Source of the DNA: Chiloscyllium plagiosum
Lineage: Eukaryota
DNA length: 20,000 bases
Direction of reading: 5' to 3'
Assembly (NCBI RefSeq): GCF_004010195.1
Contig: NC_057718.1
Span: 6,926,898 to 6,946,897 of the forward strand
How positions within the stretch are numbered: the first letter of the stretch is position 1; the number at the start of each line of letters is the position of its first letter. A program made the position numbers and the translations under genes. Below, in pieces: positions 10,471 to 19,524 of this stretch. The notes under the pieces were generated by a model. It had not been told where the DNA came from, did no database searches, and worked only from the letters and a program-made list of their open reading frames with translations.

Positions 10471-10806
10471 GTCGGTGACAGTGGTTCAATGGTTAGCATT
10501 GCTGCCCCACAATGCTTGGGACCCGGGTTCGAGTCCAGCCTTGGGCGACTGACTGTGTGGAGTTTGTATATTCTCCCCGTGTCTGCGTGGGTTTCCTCCG
10601 GATGTTCCGGTTACTTCCCACAGTCCAACGATGTGCAAATTAGGTGGATTGGCCATGCTAAATTGCCCATAGTGTCCAGGGATGCACAGGCTAAATGGAA
10701 TAGCCATGGGAAGTTACAGGGTAGGGGTGTGGTTCTAGATGGGATGTTCTTTGGAGGGTTGATGTGGACTCCAATGGCCTGCTTCTACGCTTTAGGGATT
10801 CTATTC
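10471..10806 (+). mobile_element. HE1 SINE
   Basis: Head with A/B boxes (gtggttcaatggttagc; gggttcgagtcc), V-domain and tail tagggattctatt. Confidence 0.92.
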
Positions 10807-11023
10807 CGTCTATTGTCTAAAAGGCACCACCAGCACACAAAAGGTTGTGACAACTCCTTTGGAGACACATAAGGGGCAGTGTGGTTGGAGGTCTGCTGGC
10901 CTGTGAAACAATGGGATGTTTACAGGAAGGAGGGGAAAATCTCACACAGAGTTTTCTCTCCCCAAGTCAAATAATATTTGACTCGAAGAGAAAAGGTGAA
11001 AGTCATTGTTTAACCATTTTCAG

Positions 11024-11089
11024 GATATTGTCAGGACGCCAGGAAAATGTTTGGCTGTTGCAGTTGGATGAGAATTCCTCACAGGAGAA
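11024..11089 (+). CDS. Candidate internal exon (ILSGRQENVWLLQLDENSSQE)
   Basis: Acceptor ttaaccattttcAG, donor AA|GTgaga, 66 nt, phase 2-2, in frame with the exon at 9896. Confidence 0.62.
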
Positions 11090-11173
11090 GTGAGAATAGA
11101 GTGCATTGATCAGTTCTGATGTGAGTAAGTGCCATAGGGGAGGAAATGGGCTCTTAAACTTGATTGACATCAG

Positions 11174-11396
11174 AGGTTGTGCTCAGCTGAGTGAAGACTT
11201 CAACACTGAGGCCACAAGGTCACCATTGGAAAGCCGGTCCAGAAAAACCAGGACATCTATATCGCCAGACAGGCACACGGTTCCACCTCAACGTCTGGGA
11301 ATTCCATTGAGCAGTCAGTCCCTGCCCCCTTCCACAATGATGATGAATGAGAGGAAATGTGAAAGAAGAATTGGACTCGGATATGTAGATTTTTAA
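11174..11396 (+). CDS. Candidate terminal coding exon (GCAQLSEDF...RRIGLGYVDF*)
   Basis: Acceptor gattgacatcAG (weak pyrimidine tract) after an 84-nt intron. Phase-2 start gives 73 open codons to TAA; S/P/R-rich, probably disordered tail. Confidence 0.5.
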
Positions 11397-11869
11397 ACAC
11401 ATTTGGGAATCTGGGATTGGAGTATCTCGGAGAATGACATCCCCATATGCTTGAAAACTATGCATTATCCTAGTGCCCTTAAAACCCAGCCAGCAGGAAC
11501 AAAGATACAAGGAGAAGGGACTCCAACCTTTGGGTAAATCTCTGGATTTTGCATGACTGATGTCTGTAATGGCTCAACAATCTATTTAACTCATATCGCT
11601 CCATGCCACTGCCTCTAGATTTGAAGGAGTGCAGTGGTCACAGTCCCATGATGTCTGGTTTTGGAGGCAAGACTGGGTGTTGTCTTTGAGGCCCCTGTTT
11701 TGCAGAGACGGCTTCCCCCTCTGGTAACGGGGATGCGCCGTCTTCATGCCCCCAACTCTACCTCTCAACCATATCTTCTGATTCGACCTGTGAGTCACAA
11801 AAACCTCCTCCCTGTAATGCATTGAAAATTCTGCATTGTGCATTCTGTCCATTTACAGTCAGGAGATGA

Positions 11870-12025
11870 GGGCACAAAGACGGTTTGTGGGGGAAGAGCA
11901 GAGGTTGGCCCATTGAGTCTGCATCGCCACTCAGTGAGATCATCAGTTGGTCACCCTCAATTCCACTTTTCTGCTTTATCCCCACGACCCTGGATCCCCT
12001 GACCGATTAAAAAACCTGTCTTGAA
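11870..12025 (-). mobile_element. Old CR1 3' UTR fragment
   Basis: ggcccattgagtctgcatcgccactcagtgagatcat...ccctcaattccactttt...atccccacgaccctggatcccctgaccgattaaaaaacctgtc. Confidence 0.65.
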
Positions 12026-12323
12026 TCGACCTCACCTCTGTTGTTAGCCAACTGAAAGAATGGCCCCCAGTGATGAAATACCATTTCAGCTGGTGTCTCC
12101 AAATGTGAGATGATGGACGCACCCCTGTATGAAAGGTCTCAGTCGCCCAAAGGGGAGAGGCGGGAATGGAGACTGAGCACAGGGAGAACAGTCGAGTAAA
12201 GGCTGCAAAATATCAGCCGCCATGCAACTAAGACGGATGTGTGGACAGGTAATGGAATGTGTAATGCTAGTGGCAATGTCTGTGGCTGGTGAGTGCTGTC
12301 AGTCTGGAACATTCTGAGGTTCA

Positions 12324-12375
12324 TCAAACTCCAACTATGTGACCCATGGCAACCAGACGTCCATCGGTGTGTCCC
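12324..12375 (-). CDS. Possible terminal exon of a convergent gene (GHTDGRLVAMGHIVGV*)
   Basis: Minus-strand acceptor gttgtgtgcttgccAG, then G GGA CAC ACC GAT GGA CGT CTG GTT GCC ATG GGT CAC ATA GTT GGA GTT TGA, in unique sequence. No upstream exon is securely linked. Confidence 0.3.
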
Positions 12376-12529
12376 CTGGCAAGCACACAACAATCTCACT
12401 GTATCAGATTCCCATGGCTTTGGACATGCAGCAACAGAGTATCGGATCTAAACTGGGAGGGACTCTTCATATGGAAAAGAAGGAAGCTTGAATAATAGAT
12501 TATCTATCTAAATAAATCCCCTTGCCTGG

Positions 12530-12950
12530 GTGAGTCAGCCTCAACAACACTCAAGCATGATCCAAGACAAAGCAACCACTTGATTGGCACCACATCCACA
12601 AACATTCACATCCTCCACCATCGACACTGAGTGGCAGCAGGTTGTGCACTGCATCTGCTCACTAAAACTCTCCCAACAGCACCTTTCAAACCCATGGCCA
12701 CTCCATCTGGAAGGACAAGGGCAGCAGCTACATTGGAACACCACCCCCTGGAAGCTCCCCTCCAAGCCACTCGCCATTCTGACTTGGAAATATATCGCTG
12801 TTCCTTCAGTGCCACGGGGTCACAATCCTGGAACTCCCTCCCTAAAAGCACTGTGGACATATCAAGCACCAAATGCTTCAAGAAGGTAATTCATCGAGGA
12901 ATGGGCATTAAATACTGGCCCAGCCAATGAAGTCTGCATCTCATGAATTA
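12530..12950 (+). mobile_element. CR1-group LINE family B 3' fragment
   Basis: Peptide ...RHSDLEIYRCSFSATGSQSWNSLPKSTVD, a LINE ORF2 C-terminal WNSLP motif, with the same tail as 8850-9160. Confidence 0.85.
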
Positions 12951-12954
12951 GTCT

Positions 12955-13238
12955 GCATTCACTACAGTATGGAAACAGGCCCTTTGGCCCAACAAGTCCA
13001 CACTGACCCTCCGAAGAGTGACCCATTCCCCTACGCTTTATTTACCCCTGACACTACAGGCAATTTAGCATGGCCAATTCACCTAACCTGCACATTTTTG
13101 GAATGTGGGAAGGAGACCCACGCAGACACGGGGAGAATCTGCAAACTCCACACAGACAGTTGCCTGAGGGTGGAATTGAACCTGGGACCCTGGTGCTGTG
13201 AGGCAGCAGTGCTAACCACTGAGCCACCGTGCCGCCCC
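12955..13238 (-). mobile_element. HE1 SINE
   Basis: Reverse complement begins ggggcggcacggtggctcagtggttagcactgctgcctcacagcaccagggtcccaggttcaattcc; V-domain and tail are present. Confidence 0.93.
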
Positions 13239-13304
13239 AAAATGTCGGAATGTAAAGCTAGTTATGGTATTGCTAACCTTGAAACTCTCATCAACTGCTG
13301 TTGA

Positions 13305-13579
13305 ATCAGGCCATCTGGCCCAACAAGTCCACACTGACCCTCTGACCAGCATCCCACCCAGACCCACCGCACTACCCTATCCCTGCATTTCCCACGGCTA
13401 ATCCACCCAGCTTGCACATCCCTGGACTGTGGGAGGAAACTGGAGCACCTGGCGGAAACCCACACAGACGCGGGGAGAATGTGCGAACTCCATACAGACA
13501 GTCACCCAAGGTTGGAATTGAACTCAGGTCCCTGGAGCTGTGAGGTAGCAGTGCTAACAACTGAGCCATCATGCCACCC
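13305..13579 (-). mobile_element. HE1 SINE
   Basis: Same head, V-domain and tail in reverse complement, adjacent to the previous copy. Confidence 0.9.
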
Positions 13580-13609
13580 AAATTGTTGGAGGTTCACTAA
13601 ACTAGGCAA

Positions 13610-13953
13610 GTCTTGCTGCAGTGGAAAGACTGCCAACATCATCAAAGAGCCCTCCCATCCCGGAATGCTCTCCTACAACTGCTTCCATGAGGCAGAAGAT
13701 ACAGAAGCTTGAACACACGCACCAACAGGTTCAGGAGCAGCTTCTTCCCCACTGTTATTAGACTGCTGAGTGGACCTCTCTAACTTCAAATGATGTGGAT
13801 CTTGCTTTGTGCACCTCTTGTATGCCTCACTCTGTCTAAGCACCCTGTGATCTGTATGCCCTTGCTTACCATGATCTGCCTGTACTGCTCACAAAACAAA
13901 ACTTTTCACTGTGCTTAAGTACATGTGACTACAATAAATCAAATCAAATCAAA
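13610..13953 (+). mobile_element. Rex1/Babar-clade LINE 3' fragment
   Basis: Peptide KTANIIKEPSHPG...RRYRSLNTRTNRFRSSFFPTVIRLL (frameshifted) and tail caataaatcaaatcaaatcaaa; same family as 2893-3400. Confidence 0.88.
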
Positions 13954-14054
13954 GTGAGAATATTCCATAACACTTTGACTTACGTCTTGTCAATGGTGGA
14001 CAGTCTTTTGGAGTCATTTGCTCTTCGATGACTCTGGCACCATTAGTACACTGT

Positions 14055-14260
14055 TGAGCGTCAAACACATTGGCGTGGGACTGGAGTCAGAGGTAGGTTT
14101 AAACTAAGTGACGTTGGCCAATTTCCTTTCCTGACTCACATTAGTGAACAAGTTGAGTTTTCAGAATAAACTAACAGCTCACATTTACTGTTGTGAATAT
14201 TTTATTTCCCCACTTTGTAAATTGAAGTTAATTTCTAAAATTGGCCATGGTGAGATTTAC
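14055..14260 (-). mobile_element. Degenerate SacSINE1-like fragment
   Basis: cacattggcgtgggactggagtcagaggtagg...tttcctttcctgactcacattagtgaac is the reverse complement of the Deu core. Confidence 0.6.
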
Positions 14261-14290
14261 TCTCATATTTGTCAGGATTATCCTCACATT

Positions 14291-14380
14291 CCTGATGAAG
14301 GGCTTTTGCCCGAAATGTTGATTTTCCTGGCTCCTCGGATGCTGCCTGACCTGCTGTGCTTTTCCAGCACCATTCTAATT
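14291..14380 (+). mobile_element. 90-bp Penelope-terminus insert beginning at the hammerhead core, 13-bp TSD
   Basis: cctgatgaagggcttttgcccgaaatgttg...gcttttccagcacc, flanked by ttatcctcacatt at 14278-14290 and 14381-14393. Confidence 0.85.
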
Positions 14381-14534
14381 TTATCCTCACATTTGCCAGA
14401 TTGCCAGTCCAGTGTTCGAACCCTAACCCTCCCACATCATATATAGGTCACATAGCTTGAGATATTTTCTAGTCAGTTGATTTCTCCAATATTGCCATCT
14501 ATAAATTTATTTTCCAAGCTTCTTCTCACCATAG

Positions 14535-14644
14535 TAGAAAGGGAGGACTGCAGATGCTGGAGATCAGAGTCGAGAGTGTGGTGCTGGAAAAGCACGGATG
14601 CTGGCTGACCTGCTGTGCTTTTCCAGCACCACACTCTCGACTCT
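14535..14644. mobile_element. Penelope-derived fold-back mini-element with imperfect TSD
   Basis: Arms agagtcgagagtgtggtgctggaaaagcac and gtgcttttccagcaccacactctcgactct. Flanks tcttctcaccatag (14521-14534) and tcctctcaccacag (14645-14658). Confidence 0.8.
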
Positions 14645-14739
14645 TCCTCTCACCACAGGCAGCTTTTCTTTATGCCAACCCTGTCAACCCATTTCCCTGT
14701 ATACCTTTCTTCAAATGGCAAAGTAAAAGGTCACAATCA

Positions 14740-15609
14740 TCAAGCCCATACGATATAGGAGCAGAGTTAAGAGTGTGGTGCTGGAAAAGCATAGCAGGTC
14801 AGGCAGCATCCGAGGAGCAGGAGAGTCGACATTTCGGACAAACAACCCTTGAATCAGGCCATTGGCCCATTTAAAATGCTCTGCCATTCAATCATGGCTG
14901 ATAGGTTTCACTACCTCATTCTCCCGCCTTCTCCCTGTACCTCTTGAACCCCTCATGCATCAAGAAACTATGTCTTAAAAATCAAAGGTCTTATTTGCAC
15001 ACAATAAATTGACCTCCACAGCCATCCGTGCCAATGTGTTCCACAGATTCACCACCATCTGGCTGAAGAAATGCCTCCTCATCTCAGTTTAAAACAGTTG
15101 TCCTTTCAATCTGAGGCTGTTCCCTCGGGTCCTGGTCTCTCCTTCGAGTGAAAATGTCTTCTTGCACATCCACTCTCTCCAGGTCTCTCAGCATTCTGTA
15201 AGTTTCAATCTGGTCTCCCCCTCATCCTTTTAAACTCTACCGAATGCAAACCCAGAGTCCTCAACTATTCCTCATATGACAAGCCCTTCTTCCTGGGATC
15301 TTTCTTGCATCTTCTGTTCTGGACTCCTCCCCACGCGCATGCATCCTTTCTTAGATATAGGGCCAAAAACGACTCACAATGTTCCAAATGCAGCTTCAGC
15401 AGTAGATCCCTGCTCTTGTATTCTAGCTCTCTTGAAATGAATGTGAACATGGATTTGCCTTCCTAACTGCCAGCTGAACCTGCATGGTAAGAGAATCCTG
15501 ATTAGGACTCTCAATTTCCTTTTTGCTTCAGATTTCTGAAGCCTTTCCTCATTTAGAATGTAGTGAATGCCTCTATTCTCCCCATCAAAGTGCATAACCT
15601 CACACTTCC
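14740..15609 (-). mobile_element. CR1 LINE 3' fragment with a Penelope-terminus insert at about 14763-14850
   Basis: Minus-strand peptides KCEVMHFDGENRG..YILNEERLQKSEAKR and FISRELEYKSRDLLL...LEHCESF, then a CR1 3' UTR. Confidence 0.88.
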
Positions 15610-16436
15610 ATAAGAATAAAACATAAGAACATAGGAACTGGGAGCAGGAGTAGGCCGTCTGGCCCCTTGAGCCGACTTCGCCATTCAATAAGATCATGGC
15701 TGACCTTTTCATGGCCTCAGCTCCAATTACCTACCATCTCACCATAACCCCTCATTCCTTTACGGTTCAAAAATCCATCTATCTTAGTTTTAAAATCACT
15801 TACTGAGGAAGCCTCAACTGCTCCCCTGGGCAGGGAATTCCACAGATTCACAACTCTGGGTGAAGAAGTTCCTTCTCAATTCTGTCCTAAATCTGCTCCC
15901 CCTAATTTTGAGGCTATAGCCTCTTGTCCTAGTTTCACCTGCCAGTGGAAATAGCCTCTCTACTTCTATCTTATCTATAGTCCCAGTCTAGTCAGTCTCT
16001 CCCCATAAGCTAAACCCCTCAACTCCAGAATCAATGTCGTGAACCCCCTTTGCACCCCCTCCAGTGCCAGCACGTTCTTTCTCAAGTAAGGAGACCAAAC
16101 CTGTACACAGTAATCCAGGTGAGGCCTCACCAGCACCTGTACAGCTGCAACGTAACCTCCCTGCTTTTAAACTCAATCTCTTCAGCAATGAACCGCAAAA
16201 TTCTATTTGCCTGCTTAATTACCTGTTTTCCCTGCAGACCAACATTCTGTGATTCATGCACAAGGACACCCAGGTCCCTCTGCACCGCAGCATGCTGCAA
16301 TTTATTACCATTTGACTAATTGTCCTTTTTACTGTCATTCTTACTAAAATAGATAACTTCACATTTATTAACATTGTCCTCCATCTGCCAGACCTATGCC
16401 CACTCACTTAAACTATCTCTGTCCCTTTGCAAAGTT
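15610..16436 (-). mobile_element. CR1 LINE 3' fragment inserted into the preceding CR1
   Basis: Frameshifted CR1 ORF2 remnants plus tail ttcctatgttcttatg. The host CR1 resumes at about 16437 (ctcacattgtattcc). Confidence 0.88.
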
Positions 16437-16590
16437 TCTCACATTGTATTCCAACAAGTCACAAATGGAGAGAATTCTGACTAACATTGGCCTTTATTTA
16501 ATGGCAGACTCTTATCATGTGCAGAGTCAAGATCAGAGTGGTGCTGGAAAAGCACAGCAGTTCAGGCAGCGTCTGAGCAGCAGTACAATC

Positions 16591-16618
16591 GACGTTTCGG
16601 GCAAAAGCCCTTCATCAG
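16591..16618 (-). ncRNA. Minimal type I hammerhead ribozyme motif (antisense copy)
   Basis: Reverse complement is CTGATGA-A-GGGC-TTTT-GCCC-GAAA-CGTC. Confidence 0.7.
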
Positions 16619-16651
16619 GAATACAGGCAGAGAGGCTCTCTGCCTTTATTC

Positions 16652-16679
16652 CTGATGAAGGGCTTTTGCCCGAAACGTC
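16652..16679 (+). ncRNA. Minimal type I hammerhead ribozyme motif
   Basis: CTGATGA-A-GGGC-TTTT-GCCC-GAAA-CGTC: both conserved core boxes, a 4-bp stem II, a palindromic ACGT stem III and a GUC cleavage triplet. Confidence 0.72.
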
Positions 16680-17459
16680 GATTTTACTGCTCCTCGGATG
16701 CTGCCTGAACTGCTGTGCTTTTCCAGCACCACTCTGATCTAGACTCTGGTTTCCAGCATCTGCAGTCATTGTTTTTACCTCTTATCATGTGCAGTAGAGC
16801 CATGTGAGAGCCCATGAATTATTTTAATAGACAACAGTACTATCTTGTCATGTTTGATGAGCATTGGCATTTATTTGTTCTGCAGTTTTATAAACAGGCT
16901 GTAATTTCATTCTCCCTTTTGAAGTAAGTCAAGTTTGCGCATTGGCAGGGAATTATACTATGCGCTGAGACTCGTCCTGCGAACAGTTTTGTGGGCAGAT
17001 TGTTCCAGTATTTATGACTAAGAGCAGCACAAGGAAACTAAATGGTTGAGATGAAGAATGAACTCAGAAAAATGCTTGGGATAGTGGAGTTCATCAGACG
17101 GTCAATCGAAAGATTTCGGATGATCTCAGTCCCTAAGGCAGGAGATAATGTTTTATTTTGTATTTTGAAGATCACTTTAATAGTGTACTTTCCTTAAAGT
17201 GTTAGAAGAAATGTCCTGTAAAGAGCCAACAAATTCACTTTTCCACACGTGTTCAACCCTATCCGCTAACAGGAAGAATGAAGGTGATTTGTCCATCTAT
17301 CAGGATTCGCATCCTGCCCACATTAAGCTAACTTCCAGAATCAGGTCTTTTGAACCAAGCTTCTATTGCCATTGTTTTAAGATAGCAGAACCTTCAGCCA
17401 ACAGTTTAACAATGTCGCCTTCATCTCAGAGGACATTTTCTGAAGGAACCCCTGTCTTA

Positions 17460-18685
17460 TAAAGGGATGTTGAGTAGGTTGGACCTGGACTCATTTGGAG
17501 TTTTGAAGAATGAAGGGAGACCTTACTGAAACTTACAAAATTCGATGAGAACTTGACAGAGTAAATGTAGAAAGGTTGTCTCCCGTGTGGAAGAGTATAG
17601 GACGAGAGGGAAGTGGGTACTGCAGATGCTGCAGATCAGAGCCAAGATTAGAGTGGTGCTGGAAAAGCACAACAGGTCAGGCAGCATCCGAGGAGCAGGA
17701 AAAATTGACGTTTCGGGCAAAGGCCCTTCATCAGGAATAAGGCTGGAAACTTCGGGTGGGGAGAGATAAATGGGAGGGGTGGAGGGTGGGGCTGGGGAGA
17801 AGCTGAGAGTGCAGTAGATGGATGGAGGTGGGGGTAAAGGTGATAGGTCGGAGAGGAGGGTGGAGTGGATAGATTGGAAGGAAGATTGACAGGTGGGACA
17901 GGTCATGTGGACAGTACTGAGCTGGAAGATTGGAACTGAGGTAAGGTGGGGGGAGGGGAAATGAGGAAACTGGTGAAATCCACATTGATGCCATGGGGTT
18001 GAAGGGTTCCGAGATGGAAAATAAGGTGTTCTTCCTCCAGGTGTCAGGTGGTAAGGGAGTGGTGGTGGAGGAGGCCCAGGACCTGCATGTCCTCGGCAGA
18101 ATGGGAGGGAAGTTGAAATGTTCGGCCACGGGGCGGTGGAGTTGAATGGTGCAGGTGTCCCGGAGATGTTCTCTGACGCGCTCTGCGAGAAAGCGTCCAG
18201 TCTCCCCAGTGTTGAGGAGACCGCATCATCTAATTGTACTCTTGGCTACCTTCCCCCCAGCCCCACCCCCGTCCCATTTATCTCTCCACCCCCGAGGCTC
18301 CCAGCCTCATTCCTGATGAAGGGCTTTTGCCCAAAACGTCGATTTTTCCTGTTCCTCAGATGCTGCCTGACCTGTTGTGCTTTTCCAGCACCAATCTAAA
18401 TACAGGACTAGAGGATCTAATCTCTGAATGAGGGTTTACACATTTAAGATAGAGATTAGAAGGAATTTCTTGTCTCAAAGAGTAGTGAATCTGTGATTTT
18501 TTTTACCACAGAAAATTGTTGAGGCTGGGTCATTGAGTATATTCAAGTCTGAAATGGATAGCGAATCAACAGTTATGGGGGAAAGGCAGGAAATTGGAAT
18601 TGAGGTTTGTTAGATTGACCATGAACTCATTGAATGATAGAACAGATGGGCTGAATGGCCTACTTTTGCTCCTACATCTCATGGT
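17460..18685 (+). mobile_element. CR1 3' fragment (17460-17609 and 18401-18685) split by a Penelope insertion
   Basis: agaatgaagggagaccttactgaaacttacaaaatt (RMKGDLTETYKI). Resumes with tttaagatagagattagaaggaatttcttgtctcaaagagtagtgaatctgtg and a CR1 3' UTR. Confidence 0.85.
17610..18400 (-). mobile_element. 5'-truncated Penelope-like element (GIY-YIG C-terminus and 3' end) with an inverted terminal duplication (18232-18400)
   Basis: Minus-strand frameshifted peptide PVAEHFNF/PSHSAEDMQVLGLLHHHSLTT*HLEEEHLIFHLGTLQPHGINVDF is typical of the Penelope endonuclease C-terminus. Hammerhead motifs at about 17707-17734 (-) and 18313-18340 (+). Flanks tataggacgagagg and tacaggactagagg. Confidence 0.88.
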
Positions 18686-19069
18686 CTGTCATCCAGATGG
18701 GTCAAGAGGTCACCATTTGAGGGTGACAGAAGAACCAGAGGACTCAATGATGGAAGCATTTTCATGCAGCCAGTGCCCAGGATTTGGAATGCAAAACCTT
18801 AGAGGTGGATCCGTTCAGAGTTTTCTAAAGGAAACCACGCAAGTGCCTGAAGAGAAACAAATTGCGGGAATTTAGAGAGAAGAAGGAAGTGTGGAATTTA
18901 ACGAATGGGTGTTGCAGAGAGCCAACATTCACATCACTGCTTCCTGCTGTGCTGTTATCAAATCTGTAAGGAGCGTGAAAGAATCCCTCATGCTTTAGCC
19001 ATTATTTACCCCTCAGTCAACATTACTCAAGACAGTTTGTTTATTCACTTAGCACATTTTTGTTTATTT

Positions 19070-19330
19070 GTTTTCATTCATTCATTGGATGCTGGTATTG
19101 TTGGTTGAGCCAGTATTTATTTCCTTCCCCCAGTTGATTGGGAGAAGGTGATGGTGAGCTGCTATCCTAAATCAGTGATGTGGTACAGGAACACTCAAAG
19201 TGCCTTTAGGGAAGAAGGTGCAGCATTTTAACCCAAGTGACAGTCAAGGAACGGTGATACATTTCCAAGTCAGGATGTTGTTTGAATTTGCAGGAACTTG
19301 CAGCTGGTGGTTTTCCCATGCATCTGACCT
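19070..19330 (-). mobile_element. CR1-group LINE family B 3' end
   Basis: ccagtatttatttcc...gagaaggtgatggtgagctgct...aaggaacggtgatacatttccaagtcaggatg is the reverse complement of the family B tail. Confidence 0.8.
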
Positions 19331-19524
19331 CTTATGTCCTTCATTATATTTGCCTTTGTCAATTCCAGAGCATCAGTCAATGATTTACCCAGTGTCATTC
19401 CTTCCTTGAGACTTTGTAGTGATTTGATGTAACTGAATTTCTTGTGAGGTTATTTTCGAGGCCATTTAATAATCAATCATTTTGCTGTGGATTTGGAGTC
19501 TCAGGTAGGTCACATCAGATAAGG

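Larger units (their letters stand above)
16525..16778. mobile_element. Penelope-derived palindromic mini-element with perfect 16-bp TSD
   Basis: Near-perfect palindrome 16523-16747 centred on 16635 (aggcagagag-g-ctctctgcct). TSD ctcttatcatgtgcag at 16509-16524 and 16779-16794. Confidence 0.93.

Noticed and set aside
16396..16769. Overlapping ORFs on both strands with near-identical peptides
   Set aside because: An artefact of the DNA palindrome. The PDEGLLPETS peptides are translations of the hammerhead motif.
16525..16778. Classical DNA-transposon MITE
   Set aside because: The arms match Penelope termini, one arm has an unpaired ~30-bp extension, and TSDs of related inserts vary in length (13-17 bp) rather than being fixed.
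17523..18129. Pro/Ser-rich minus-strand ORFs
   Set aside because: Translations of the pyrimidine-rich Penelope 3' UTR.
5500..18400. CRISPR-like or other prokaryotic repeat system
   Set aside because: The repeats are dispersed, irregular and vertebrate retroelement-derived; there is no repeat-spacer periodicity and no cas-like ORF.
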